A stretch of DNA of 51,846 bases from a virus (taxonomy: Duplodnaviria > Caudoviricetes). The stretch covers positions 1 through 51,846 of IMG/VR virus record IMGVR_UViG_3300046171_000023, one strand, 5' to 3'. Shown here piece by piece: positions 10,775 to 20,783 of this stretch. The notes below the pieces were generated by a model. It was not told where the DNA came from, searched no databases, and saw nothing but the letters and a program-made list of their open reading frames with translations. The position numbers and the translations under genes were made by a program. Position 1 is the stretch's first letter. Every line of letters starts with the position of its first letter.

Positions 10775-11750
10775 TATCACTCTCCAAGTTTGCAAAGGTT
10801 ATTTTATCCTGTCTACCACGTAGTCCTGCTTTCATATAAGAAGTAGCACGACCTTCAAAGAAGTTCTGATGTTCAACACCCATCACTTCATCCAACCAAC
10901 CTAAAGGATTCTCACGTTGGTCATAGTTTGTTTTAAGACCAAGCTGTAACAATCTTCTATCGGCTATGTATCTATTGTAAGCATACATATCTTTCTTGGT
11001 AAGACCTTCAAGGTCTCCCATATCAAACACTAGGTCTAAGAATTTATCTTCTAGTGTTACCATCTGTCTACAAATCTCATAGAGTTCTGCTTTAAAATCA
11101 TCTGTCCATATCTCTATGTTCTCTTGGATAAACTCTCTAAACAACTTAGTCATAGCTTCAACGTGCATAGACTCATCACGTATAGAGTAAGTAACTATCT
11201 GTCCCATACCTTTCATCTTACCAAACCTTGGAAAGTTTAACAAGATTGCAAAGCTTGAGAACAACTGTAGTCCTTCTGTAAAAGCTGAATAGACTGCTAA
11301 AGTTTTTGCAATACTTTTCTTATCAGACTTAGTTGTTTTAATCTTGTGAACATACTCGTGTTTGTCTGCCATCTCCTCGTACTCGGCAAAAGCTTTGTAC
11401 TCTATCTCAGGCATACCAACTGTATCAAGCAGTAAGCTGTATGCATGTTGATGAATAGATTCCATGTTTGCAAACGAACCCATCATCATTCTTGCTTCTG
11501 GCTTTTTAAATATAGGCATATACTTATCTATATATCCTGAAGCTACATCTACATCTGATTGAGTAAACAATCTAAATATTTGTGTAAGTAAATGTTTTTC
11601 TTCAGGCGATACATCTTGCCAGTCTTTAACATCTGTATGCAAAGGTACAGATTCAGGCATCCAATGCATTTGATTTTGTAATTTATAATACTCATACATC
11701 CATGGGTATTCGAAAGGTTTATAATAATCTCTAGTCTTGAGTAAACTCAC
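10767..11750 (-). CDS. nrdB: Ribonucleotide reductase class I beta subunit
   Basis: HWMPESV, ESIHQHAYS (metal ligands and radical Tyr), EGLQLFSSF, RDESMH, NFFE motifs. Confidence 0.95.
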   Translation of the reverse strand: MSLLKTRDYYKPFEYPWMYEYYKLQNQMHWMPESVPLHTDVKDWQDVSPEEKHLLTQIFRLFTQSDVDVASGYIDKYMPIFKKPEARMMMGSFANMESIHQHAYSLLLDTVGMPEIEYKAFAEYEEMADKHEYVHKIKTTKSDKKSIAKTLAVYSAFTEGLQLFSSFAILLNFPRFGKMKGMGQIVTYSIRDESMHVEAMTKLFREFIQENIEIWTDDFKAELYEICRQMVTLEDKFLDLVFDMGDLEGLTKKDMYAYNRYIADRRLLQLGLKTNYDQRENPLGWLDEVMGVEHQNFFEGRATSYMKAGLRGRQDKITFANLESDNG

Positions 11751-11952
11751 GGAAGTTCTCCTGTAATGTTGTTAATAATTCTGATGCTTCAGCATAATCT
11801 TTTAATAAATTATCTATTGTTTCAATAAAGTTAGGATGGTCAGCCACTCCTACTTGATAATCTAATAGAACATCTAAGTTTGCTTTAGCTACTTGTTTGT
11901 CTGCTTCATATTTTAATTCCAAAGCACGGAATAAGTTTTGTCTTATATTCAT
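11731..11952 (-). CDS. Hypothetical protein (73 aa)
   Basis: Tightly packed ORF in the operon; GVADHP motif. Confidence 0.75.
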   Translation of the reverse strand: MNIRQNLFRALELKYEADKQVAKANLDVLLDYQVGVADHPNFIETIDNLLKDYAEASELLTTLQENFREFTQD

Positions 11953-12638
11953 ATTTTATCCTTGTTAAAACAATTTAAATTAGCAGCTACAGTTCTACGT
12001 TCTCCTTTACCAAAAAAAGGATATACCATGTGCTGTAACCATGATGGAAACATAAGTTGTCGTCCTACTTTAGGTTGCATTACAACTGATTGAGAGGGTC
12101 TTAATCTTTCAGAATCCATTAAACTATTTATTCCATAATTAAATGCAATAAAACCGTCACATGCTCCTGAACTATTATATAAGTCATAGCTTTCCAAAGG
12201 ATTTTCTCCTTGCTTTCCTATTTGTTTAGGAACTTTAGTCCATGCAGTTGTACTGATACCCATAAAAGTTTTAGTTCCGTGGTCATGTATAGGATTGTAG
12301 TCTCCTTCATAACTATGAACAGACCATAACTCATCTATGTCTATCATCTTACCTGTATGTCTTGTACCTGTTACATTATTATAAACATCTAAATAATTAA
12401 CTGCCATGCTTGTAATAAATTTATAATACTCTTCTAGTAGAGGGTCTTCGTGGTCCATTAATAATTGTTGTCCTCTATGTATTTGACCAACTAAAGTACC
12501 AGCTAAAGACTTTCTTTTTTTATCTTTGTACAGTTTATCTAAATAATTATTTAAACTATCTATCATTTCTTCGGGGAGTTGTGCCTCTAGCATAATAACA
12601 GAAGGCAACGAATGAACTTGTATTTTTATATCTTCCAT
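11949..12638 (-). CDS. 2OG-Fe(II) oxygenase superfamily protein
   Basis: GDYNPIHDH (HxH), LMFPSWLQHMVYPF, ERRTVAAN. Confidence 0.85.
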   Translation of the reverse strand: MEDIKIQVHSLPSVIMLEAQLPEEMIDSLNNYLDKLYKDKKRKSLAGTLVGQIHRGQQLLMDHEDPLLEEYYKFITSMAVNYLDVYNNVTGTRHTGKMIDIDELWSVHSYEGDYNPIHDHGTKTFMGISTTAWTKVPKQIGKQGENPLESYDLYNSSGACDGFIAFNYGINSLMDSERLRPSQSVVMQPKVGRQLMFPSWLQHMVYPFFGKGERRTVAANLNCFNKDKI

Positions 12639-12639
12639 A

Positions 12640-14535
12640 CTATCCTTCACATGCTATACATTCTACATCGTCTAAACGAATCCTTGGAATTTTTGTGTTT
12701 ACATTTTCTACGTTTCTAGCTGCATTAGTTCTAAAGTAATACAACGATTTTAATTTATTCATACCATACCAATGTACATCATTTACATATTGCATATATT
12801 CATCATGCACTTTTTGCGACTCTGTACTTTTAGGTAAAGTAAAAAATAAATTTACTGACTGAGCTTGACAAACAAACTCTTGTCTTTTATAAGCATGTTC
12901 TACAATCCATATCTGATTTATTTCATTAGCAGTTTTAAATATTTCTTTTTCTTTATCAGTAAGTATATCTAGGTGTTGTACTGAACCTTCATTAGCTGAT
13001 ATATCTTTCCAAACTGTATCTAATTTTTTGCCTTTAAGTCCTTTACTTTTAAAAACCTTTTCAAGGTACTTATTTTTAACTTGGTAAGAACCGGATAAGG
13101 TTTTGTGAGTATAGCAATTAGCCCTATAAGGCTCAATACTAGGGGAAGTACCACTACATATAATCCCACTACTAGCATTAGGAGCAATAGCCATAAGGTT
13201 AGCGTTACGCTTCCCCGACCCATGGATATCAGGAGCTTCCCCACGTTCAATAGCCAACTCTTTAGTCGCATCGTTAGCTTTTGATTTGATATAAAGAAAT
13301 GCTTTATAGTTAAAGCCAGTTGCATAGATACCTTCAAAAGGTATGTTCCTAGATTGGAGATATGCATGGAAGCCCATTGCACCCAACCCCAAGCTTCTCT
13401 CTCTATACGCCGAATACGCAGATTTAGTATATCCTTCTTTACCTTCTCTAACATATTTTTGGAATCTTTTAAAATTTGCACTATATTCTCCTAACTGTGT
13501 TGTGTCTATTGCGTTGTCAATATAATGTTGTAATACATTATCAAGCATGATTATTAAATCTGATATAAAGTCATCATCTTTGGACCACTTATCAAAGTGT
13601 TCTAAGTTTACAGATGATAAACAACATACTGCTGTTCGTTCTTCATCAGTTGGTAAAGTAATCTCTGAACATAAATTACTTTGTTTTATTTTAAGACCTA
13701 AATCTTTTTGTCCTTTAGGCATAGCTTCATTACATGTATCTATATTAATCATATAAGGCTCACCTGTTTCAGCTCTTGCATGAATAATCTGCCACCATAA
13801 ATCTCTAGCATTTACTATCTTAACAGCTTCATTAGTTTTAGGGTCAATCAATCTCCAATCTTCATCAAGTTCTACAGCTTTAAGAAAAGCATTAGTAATA
13901 TTAATACCATTGTGAAGATTAAGATTCTTTCTGTTTATATCTCCACCCGATTCTTTTCTCATGTTTATAAACTCTTCTATCTCTGGGTGGCTTATGTCCA
14001 TGTAAGCAGCATAGCTTCCTCTTCTTGTTGTGCCTTGATTAAAGGCTAACATCTGTGAGTCTACAACATGGATGAAAGGAATGCTTCCAGTAGAACGACT
14101 GCCATGAGCAGTTGAAATACCATTGCTCCTAATATCGCCCCAATATCCACCGATGCCTCCACCTGAACTTGCCAACCATATATTCTCGTCATAGTGAGCA
14201 GATAAACCACTCCTACTGTCAGGAACATAATTGAGGAAGCAACTGATAGGAAGCCCACGACTTGTGCCCCCGTTACTAAGTATAGGAGTGCTGAACATGA
14301 ACCAACGAGAGGAAGAGTAGTTGTAAAGTCTTTGAGCCAATTCAAAATCTGTCTCACCTTTGTATGTTGCTCCGAAGACGGAGGCTCTTGCGAATGCTTC
14401 TTGTGCATGTGTTTCGTTCTCCCAAAAATATCTATCTTTTAATGTGTCTAGACTAAACTTATCAAATGTTTTTTCTTTGTCGTAGTCTATTTCAATTCCT
14501 AAGTAAGGCTTAGTTCCTATCTTGTCTTCAATCAT
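12640..14535 (-). CDS. nrdA: Ribonucleotide reductase class I alpha subunit
   Basis: STPILSN, PISCFL, GGGIG, SNLCSEI, CCLSSVNL, APNASS, KSLYY, C-terminal ECIACEG; no ATP cone evident. Confidence 0.95.
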   Translation of the reverse strand: MIEDKIGTKPYLGIEIDYDKEKTFDKFSLDTLKDRYFWENETHAQEAFARASVFGATYKGETDFELAQRLYNYSSSRWFMFSTPILSNGGTSRGLPISCFLNYVPDSRSGLSAHYDENIWLASSGGGIGGYWGDIRSNGISTAHGSRSTGSIPFIHVVDSQMLAFNQGTTRRGSYAAYMDISHPEIEEFINMRKESGGDINRKNLNLHNGINITNAFLKAVELDEDWRLIDPKTNEAVKIVNARDLWWQIIHARAETGEPYMINIDTCNEAMPKGQKDLGLKIKQSNLCSEITLPTDEERTAVCCLSSVNLEHFDKWSKDDDFISDLIIMLDNVLQHYIDNAIDTTQLGEYSANFKRFQKYVREGKEGYTKSAYSAYRERSLGLGAMGFHAYLQSRNIPFEGIYATGFNYKAFLYIKSKANDATKELAIERGEAPDIHGSGKRNANLMAIAPNASSGIICSGTSPSIEPYRANCYTHKTLSGSYQVKNKYLEKVFKSKGLKGKKLDTVWKDISANEGSVQHLDILTDKEKEIFKTANEINQIWIVEHAYKRQEFVCQAQSVNLFFTLPKSTESQKVHDEYMQYVNDVHWYGMNKLKSLYYFRTNAARNVENVNTKIPRIRLDDVECIACEG

Positions 14536-14794
14536 CTTGAATGTCCTGTAAATGTATAGCCATTATAGCATAATGAATTATTTTTAGCAAGTCTGCTTGA
14601 TTATATCCATTCTTTTTTCCATACCTCATAGCATACTTTATAATGTTACCAATACAAAATCCTTCTCCATGTCCGTTATCAAATATAACATCTGTTGCTT
14701 GATAATCTCCATAAGCATAATGTTTCTCATAAGTTTTATCTACATATCTTTGTATTTGTTTTATTGTTTCCCCTTCATTAAATTTATAATTCAT
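14528..14794 (-). CDS. DUF3310 / T7 gp1.7-like protein (possible nucleotide kinase)
   Basis: HY...GFCIGNIIKYAMRYGKKNG...DLLKIIHY signature. Confidence 0.75.
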   Translation of the reverse strand: MNYKFNEGETIKQIQRYVDKTYEKHYAYGDYQATDVIFDNGHGEGFCIGNIIKYAMRYGKKNGYNQADLLKIIHYAIMAIHLQDIQDD

Positions 14795-15221
14795 TACTTT
14801 TCCACTCCTTCGGTAAACTTTCTTCGTTATACCATGTAAAATTATTTGTCTCTGCCCATTCAGCATGAGTTCTTTTTGTTCCGTCTTTTCTTTTCTTTGC
14901 CTGTGGCATTGGGGCAAAAGGTTTCTGAAATAAAAACACTAACTCATAATCTTTTGGCAAAGCCATTCGTATATGTATATATTTACTATACTCTGCGTAA
15001 TCCCAAAACCTTCCTTTAGCTTCTATTAAAATAGTTTTATTATCTATTACTTTAACAAAGTCAGGTTCATACTTATGCTTAACAATATAATCTATATTAT
15101 CCCAATGATGTTTCCAATCTTTGAGAAGTGTTTGATGTATTTCATATTCCCAAATACTATCATACCCTTTAGGTACTCCAGTCTTTTTAGGTCTAGGTTT
15201 TCTTGGTACTCTTTTAGGCAT
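14784..15221 (-). CDS. Endonuclease I (T7 gp3-like Holliday junction resolvase)
   Basis: GYDSIWE, YEPDF, LIEAKGRF, WAE motifs. Confidence 0.85.
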   Translation of the reverse strand: MPKRVPRKPRPKKTGVPKGYDSIWEYEIHQTLLKDWKHHWDNIDYIVKHKYEPDFVKVIDNKTILIEAKGRFWDYAEYSKYIHIRMALPKDYELVFLFQKPFAPMPQAKKRKDGTKRTHAEWAETNNFTWYNEESLPKEWKSNEL

Positions 15222-16020
15222 TATCCCACTCATAATTTTTTACAAGCTGCCAATACTTTAATATACTATTAAACATTTCTATATGTTTATTGTGTGATTC
15301 TAAATCCCAGATATGAAACAATATAATACTTGTATCTTTTCTGTCTATAAATATAGATACTCTTGTAGGATAATCTATTCCCATACCTTGACCATAAGCA
15401 GACAACTGCATACCATGTTCATCATAAACTAATTTAGCAGGGTCTTTGCCTTCAAGATTATCTTTAGTTTTAAAATCTATAAAAATATTATTAGAATATA
15501 AATCTATCTTACCACCATAGCCTTGAGGTGCACAGAAAGAATCTTCTGCTATCCATTTTTCATCAGGAAAGTTTTCATCTAACCACTTCTTAATAATTTT
15601 ATAAGGTTTGGTTTTCTTACCACCTAAAAATCCTGTTTCTATTTGACCATGGATTTTAGTTCCTTCTTTAGCTGCATTTAATCCTATGCTTTTAGCATCA
15701 GATTTACATTTATAAATAAATGATTCTAATGTTTCATCATTATAATTAGCTGCTAAATTAATAGCAGCTTTTATAGCTTGTGTAATCTTCCAATTTTCTA
15801 ATGCAGGTTTTGCAACCATGCCTAAGATAGTAGTCACAGAAGGAACAAGTCCTAAACTTTTAGCGTCTCTTAAAGTAGTATTTCTTTCTTTACCATTAGC
15901 CCCTATTAAAGTATACATTGGGTCTCCCTCTTGAGTATACCAATGTCCTGACTCGGACGTAAATTTATTATAACTATCTAATTTAGTTTTGTCAATAAGT
16001 TCTTCTTTTTTATTTGTCAT
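15214..16020 (-). CDS. PD-(D/E)XK exonuclease (RecB/Cas4-like)
   Basis: PSVTTIL, GTKIH, YGGKIDL, IDFKT, QLSAY motifs. Confidence 0.85.
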   Translation of the reverse strand: MTNKKEELIDKTKLDSYNKFTSESGHWYTQEGDPMYTLIGANGKERNTTLRDAKSLGLVPSVTTILGMVAKPALENWKITQAIKAAINLAANYNDETLESFIYKCKSDAKSIGLNAAKEGTKIHGQIETGFLGGKKTKPYKIIKKWLDENFPDEKWIAEDSFCAPQGYGGKIDLYSNNIFIDFKTKDNLEGKDPAKLVYDEHGMQLSAYGQGMGIDYPTRVSIFIDRKDTSIILFHIWDLESHNKHIEMFNSILKYWQLVKNYEWDNA

Positions 16021-16328
16021 TATGTTCCACCCATCTTAATTTTCTTGTATCAGGTAAGTATAATAAATACTTAACGTCTGCTTTTATTTGTTTTTTAGTT
16101 CTTGTTGTTCTTGATGTATAAGAATCTTCAGTTCTGTAATCTCTTCTAGCAGTCTTTACATCTATTAATGTTATCTTTCCTTTAGGGTCTCGAGCTACTA
16201 AGTCAATGAAACCCATCACACCCACAATTTTTAAATACTTCATAGCCATTATCCCATAACCAAGTGACTGCATAAAATTCTGCAAGGTCTCCCTTTCTAT
16301 TTGTTGAATGTTCTTTAGTGCGTTTCAT
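16010..16328 (-). CDS. Small PD-(D/E)XK endonuclease, one apparent indel near 16208
   Basis: MKRTKEHSTNRKGDLAEFYAVTWLWDNGYEVF joins IDLVARDPKGKITLIDVKT after a 1-nt shift. Confidence 0.7.
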
Positions 16329-18051
16329 ACCAATTCTCTCCTATTTTGTATTCTCCTGTTAGAGGACAACGCATGTTAAAGTGTTGACTTGCTTTTCTAT
16401 AGCCTTCAACTCCTAGTTGCTCCTACAAATTCAGCTTGAGTTTCATGTACTTGCTATCTGCCATTCGTCATGAATGTTAGCTACAAACTTAGCATCAAGA
16501 GTATTTAAGTTTATTAAATCTTGTAAGATACACATAGCTTTCTTCATAGCTATTGCACCACCACCTTGTAATAAAGTATTAAGTGCAGCATGTTGACTAC
16601 GTACATATATCTTACGACCATCTAATCCTTTTAGAATCCTCGTTCAGAAGCTTTCTGTACTTTATCTTTTAAAGTTCTAAGTGAAGGTAAGTTCTTGAAA
16701 GAAAGTTTGTTTTAGTTCTTTACCTTTCTTTAATCCACCACCTGCTACACTACCTATCTTAGCATCACCTGCACCATAAACTAAAGCATATATAAATGTC
16801 TTAGCTTGGTCTCTAGTCTTTAGACCTGCAAGATTTTGATTAGTAGTATGTATGTCTCCATTAATAACTTCTTCAATATAATCAGGGTCATTCATGTAGT
16901 GTGCTAACATTCTAAGTTCTAATCCACTAGCATCTATACCTACAAGCTTTATATCCTTCAGGTACAGTCCAACATGAACGACACTCTTTACCATATGGGC
17001 TACCTGCATTAGGTACTTGTGCCATGTTAGGATTTCTATGTGTCATTCTACCTGTAATAGTACCATTAGGTATTACACTACCATGTACTCTATCTTCTTT
17101 GAGTTCATCTATCCATGATGTTACTTGAGCAATCCTCTTTTGATATAGTAAAAAGTCTGCAATTAACTTAGCTTCACGGATATGTTTAATCTTTTTCAAA
17201 GTACCTTCATCAACAATAGGCTGACCTGTAGGTGTAAATTTTACAGGCTTCCAACCAAAGTCAATAAGATATTCTCCTATTTGTTTACGACTACCAAGAT
17301 TAAAGTCTACTAGTTTTTGTCTAGTAAATGGTTTAACATTTTCTGTAGTTAAACATCTATTATATTCTTCATCAGTTAAACCACGCTTAGATAACTGTCC
17401 GTCTTTTCTAACATAAGGTGTAACTAATTTATCATCAACTAGTTTAGGTTTAAATGTATTATGAACTTCATCTTCAACAGCAAGTTGCTTTGCTTTAAGT
17501 TCAGCTAATAATTCCATAGCTTGTTTAGTATTAAAAAAGAACCCAGTCTTTTCTTGTTCTTTCATTATCTTAGCTACATCATGTTCAAGTTTAATAGATT
17601 CTTTACTAAATATATTACCTTCTTTTAATAGATAATGATATACAGATTCATTTAACTTAACATCTTGAACACAATATTCTAACATAGCAGGTGTATATTC
17701 ATCAAAGGTTTCAGGTTGTTCTTGTTTTAAAGAACCAACACGCCAACCCCAAGCTTTTAAACTATGTCCATTCTCACGAACAGGATTAAATAACCTTGAC
17801 ATTACTAGTGTGTCTTCAATACTACAATCAAACTTAGCACCATATAACTTTTCTAATACAGGAATGTCATAGCCTATAATGTTATGACCTATTAATGTAT
17901 CAGCAGTTTGTAAAAACTTAATGCCTTCTTCTATTTGAGTATTGTCAAACTTATATATATCTCCTGATACTTCTTTAGCTACAATACACCACACATTATT
18001 AGGGTCTAGTCCGTCAGCTTCTATATCAAATACTAATTTAAAATTGCTCAT
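16315..18051 (-). CDS. polA: Family A DNA polymerase (T7-like, with 3'-5' exonuclease), several apparent indels between 16400 and 16950
   Basis: Exo motifs FDIEADG, GHNIIGYD, YCVQDV; TGRMTHRNPN; motif A DASGLELR; motif B RDQAKTFIYALVYG (Tyr at the 762-equivalent site, as in T7); motif C IHDEWQ; ends NWYETH. Confidence 0.92.
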
Positions 18052-19702
18052 TGTCAAATGTCTCCTCTTCTGATACTTCAAATAATCTACCAGTATCAGT
18101 ATTATATCTAAGACCACAAGCTAATCCTGTGTCTCCTGTATACCTAGATTTTAGTACACGAACCTTAGTTGTATTAGCTTCTTCAGGATTAGTTGCTTGT
18201 TGATTTCTCTCTAATGCAATTACAGAATCTGATAGTTGAGCTATACCTTGTGAGCCTTTAAGATGAGATAAAGAAACTTCTATTCCTTGTTCATGTCCTT
18301 TATCTCCTGCTGCTCTTCTAAGATGAGATACTAATATCATACCAACACCTGTCTCTTCTACAAGACTACGTAATTTATTCATAAGCATATCAATACCTCG
18401 TCTCTCGTCTCCTTCATGGAGTACATTAACAAGCATATGTAAGTGGTCAACTATAACCCATTTACATTCACAACCTACAATAATATATCTAAGCTTGGCA
18501 AAGATATCATCAATGTCAGTAGCACCTAAATGAGAATGAATGAATACTCTGCCTTTAGGTATAGCCTTATCAAACAAACCCAATAGGTCATCGTCTGTAT
18601 AATTCTTACGTTTCTCTGATAAATATATTCTATCGTTAGCTTCAATAGATAAAATACCGTCAGCAGTTCTTAACCAATTCTCTTCAAGTGCTACAATACC
18701 TACATTGTCTTTTGTATTTTTGATAAGCCAATGCTCTAGCTCTCTAGTAACACTAGACTTACCAAGACCTGTGCCACCTGTAAGGGTAACAAGTTCTCCT
18801 TTACGCATACCATATAGTTTCTTGTTCAAGCCTTCCCATGGATATGCAATACTTTCCTTCTCTTCTCTATGTAACCAATCGCCTTTTTGTGATGATAGCT
18901 CCATGATTCCTGAAGGTGTATATGTCTTAGCATTCCACCAAGCCTGAGTAAACTCTTGGAATTTCTTTTGTTTAAGCATTTCATTTGCATCTTTGAATCC
19001 ATTTGGAAATGACATGATTCTAGTTTTGTTAGGCTTTAGTATTTTAGCTACAGCTTTAGCTGCTTGTTTACCTGCCTTGTCATTATCAAAACATAGAACT
19101 ACATTGTCAAATGATTCTACAAATTCTATACTCTCTCGTATATCTTTAACAGCAGCCGAAGCTCCACGCTTTAAAGATACTACTGACCACTTACCTTGAA
19201 AGAGTTCATGTACTGCCATAGCATCACACTCTCCTTCGGTAATAGTCAAGTACTTACCACCTGTATTTCCATACAGTTGCTCTCCAAATAAACCTGTGTT
19301 TTCAAATGTACCATTACATGCAAAGTTTTTGTTAGATACAAATCTTGTTTTAGTACCAACAATCTCACTACCATTAAAGTATGGGTAGATGTGTTGAGTA
19401 ACATTATTGTTTCTATCCTTTACCATTTTAACACCGAACTTAGTTGCTGTATTTTCAGAGATACCTCTGTCAGTTAAAGCACCATAAGCACCAGTATAAG
19501 ATGTAAGGAATGTATTATCAGGTTTAGGTTTACTCGTCATCTCAACTACCTTACCAGTTGATTCATTGTCATAGTCTGTAAAGAATGTATTACAACTAAA
19601 ACATTTAGCAGAACCATTCTCATTTAGAGAAACAGCATCACTGCTACTACATTTAGGGCAAGGTAATTTGTGTTTAATAAATTGAGTTCTTTCTTGTTGC
19701 AT
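18038..19702 (-). CDS. Primase-helicase (T7 gp4-like)
   Basis: Zn finger CPKC...CFSC; TOPRIM TEGECDA and FDND; Walker A GGTGLGKS; VDHLH; LKGSQGIAQLSD. Confidence 0.95.
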   Translation of the reverse strand: MQQERTQFIKHKLPCPKCSSSDAVSLNENGSAKCFSCNTFFTDYDNESTGKVVEMTSKPKPDNTFLTSYTGAYGALTDRGISENTATKFGVKMVKDRNNNVTQHIYPYFNGSEIVGTKTRFVSNKNFACNGTFENTGLFGEQLYGNTGGKYLTITEGECDAMAVHELFQGKWSVVSLKRGASAAVKDIRESIEFVESFDNVVLCFDNDKAGKQAAKAVAKILKPNKTRIMSFPNGFKDANEMLKQKKFQEFTQAWWNAKTYTPSGIMELSSQKGDWLHREEKESIAYPWEGLNKKLYGMRKGELVTLTGGTGLGKSSVTRELEHWLIKNTKDNVGIVALEENWLRTADGILSIEANDRIYLSEKRKNYTDDDLLGLFDKAIPKGRVFIHSHLGATDIDDIFAKLRYIIVGCECKWVIVDHLHMLVNVLHEGDERRGIDMLMNKLRSLVEETGVGMILVSHLRRAAGDKGHEQGIEVSLSHLKGSQGIAQLSDSVIALERNQQATNPEEANTTKVRVLKSRYTGDTGLACGLRYNTDTGRLFEVSEEETFDNEQF

Positions 19703-19722
19703 TCTATCTCCATTAGAAATGT

Positions 19723-19744
19723 GGCTAGGCTTTTACACCTAGCC
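19723..19744 (-). terminator. Stem-loop between the SSB operon and the primase gene (weak terminator or processing site)
   Basis: GGCTAGG-N8-CCTAGCC inverted repeat; only a weak U tract follows. Confidence 0.45.
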
Positions 19745-19753
19745 GATTTATAT

Positions 19754-19999
19754 TTACTCAGAGTCTTCTGATGTTTCTGATTCATCTTCTTGTTCAACTA
19801 CTGCTTCAGGAGATTCCTTTAGCAAAGCTTCAAGATTATTTTGATGACCTTGTGAAGCAAAGTTTAAAGCCTCTACTAACACATTCAATGTACCTATCTT
19901 ACTGATAGATATGTTAGCACCTGCTTTCTTTTCTTCATCCTCAATCTTTGAAACATCATAGACTGATTCACCATTATCATTTTTAATAGTAATAATCAT
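19754..19999 (-). CDS. Hypothetical protein with acidic tail
   Basis: RBS GAGGA, start MIITIK directly after the SSB stop. Confidence 0.75.
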   Translation of the reverse strand: MIITIKNDNGESVYDVSKIEDEEKKAGANISISKIGTLNVLVEALNFASQGHQNNLEALLKESPEAVVEQEDESETSEDSE

Positions 20000-20000
20000 A

Positions 20001-20414
20001 TTAAAATTCCTCGTCTTCGTCAAAGAATTCAGAGCCATCTTGCGATTTATACTCCACCAAGTCTACAATTTGAACAGCTTGTAAGTCAAGACCTTTTCCT
20101 GCTTTACCTTTCCATTCCCAATCGTATTCATTATATTGGACTCTAACTTTAGAGCCATTACCTACAGCAAGATGTACTTCCTGTTTGTTTTGGTCTAGTA
20201 ATCTAGGAGCAACTCTGACCATACCATTTGGTCCATTGACTTTCCTTTTAATTACTATAGCAGAACCTTCATCCATCTGCTTAATAGTATGTCCACGAGA
20301 AGCAAAGTCATTTGCTGTCTCTTCATCAACAACTAAGTTGACTGTGTACATTGGTTCATAAGTTGTATTAGGCTCTTTAATACTTGCCCAATACGCAGTT
20401 CCTTCTACTATCAT
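20001..20414 (-). CDS. ssb: Single-stranded DNA-binding protein (T7 gp2.5-like)
   Basis: VGNGSKVRV, LQAVQIVDLVEY, acidic tail ending in Phe; strong RBS AGGAGGT. Confidence 0.85.
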   Translation of the reverse strand: MIVEGTAYWASIKEPNTTYEPMYTVNLVVDEETANDFASRGHTIKQMDEGSAIVIKRKVNGPNGMVRVAPRLLDQNKQEVHLAVGNGSKVRVQYNEYDWEWKGKAGKGLDLQAVQIVDLVEYKSQDGSEFFDEDEEF

Positions 20415-20460
20415 ATTTACCTCCTACGGTTTAGTTATTATTAGAAGTCGTTAAAACTGG

Positions 20461-20491
20461 GAGAGTTTTGAGCTGACTACTCTCGGAGTCA
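20461..20491 (-). promoter_or_regulatory. H-type RNA pseudoknot in the ssb leader
   Basis: Minus strand TGACT-CC-GAGAGT-AGTCA-GCTCAAA-ACTCTC: two perfect interleaved stems. Confidence 0.7.
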
Positions 20492-20572
20492 TGGACTGAA
20501 GCCAAACCAAATAGTTTTATATTTGGAGATAGAGGGCTTAAAGTTCTTTGGTTACTCGATGTCATGTTGCAC

Positions 20573-20601
20573 ATTCTACACTAATCCTTGATGAATGTCA
20601 A
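20573..20601 (-). promoter_or_regulatory. Sigma70-type promoter for the replication operon
   Basis: TTGACA-17 nt-TAGAAT. Confidence 0.85.
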
Positions 20602-20782
20602 GCAAAATATCATTTAATGTATAAATGCTTTCATCATAAAGTTTAACATAATAATATTCATCCTCTTTCCAACGAACTTCATAAGCTATCTTGTTCTCAT
20701 AAAGCTCTTGATTATTATTCTGAATCCAAGATTCAAACTCTCGGTATTCATCTTTGTCTAATTTTTTATATCCTTCATACAT
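20576..20782 (-). CDS. Hypothetical protein
   Basis: RBS GGAG before MYEGYKK; packed against the upstream gene. Confidence 0.65.
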   Translation of the reverse strand: MYEGYKKLDKDEYREFESWIQNNNQELYENKIAYEVRWKEDEYYYVKLYDESIYTLNDILLDIHQGLV

Positions 20783-20783
20783 A

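Noticed and set aside
16200-16960. Programmed frameshifts, intron or split polA
   Set aside because: Several single-base indels cluster in essential motifs and neighbouring genes with no inserted sequence; best explained as sequencing/assembly error.
16315-18051. HMO-2011-type or T7-like RNAP-encoding phage assignment
   Set aside because: No DnaJ-like CxxCxGxG insertion in PolA, no integrase and no phage RNA polymerase in the genome.
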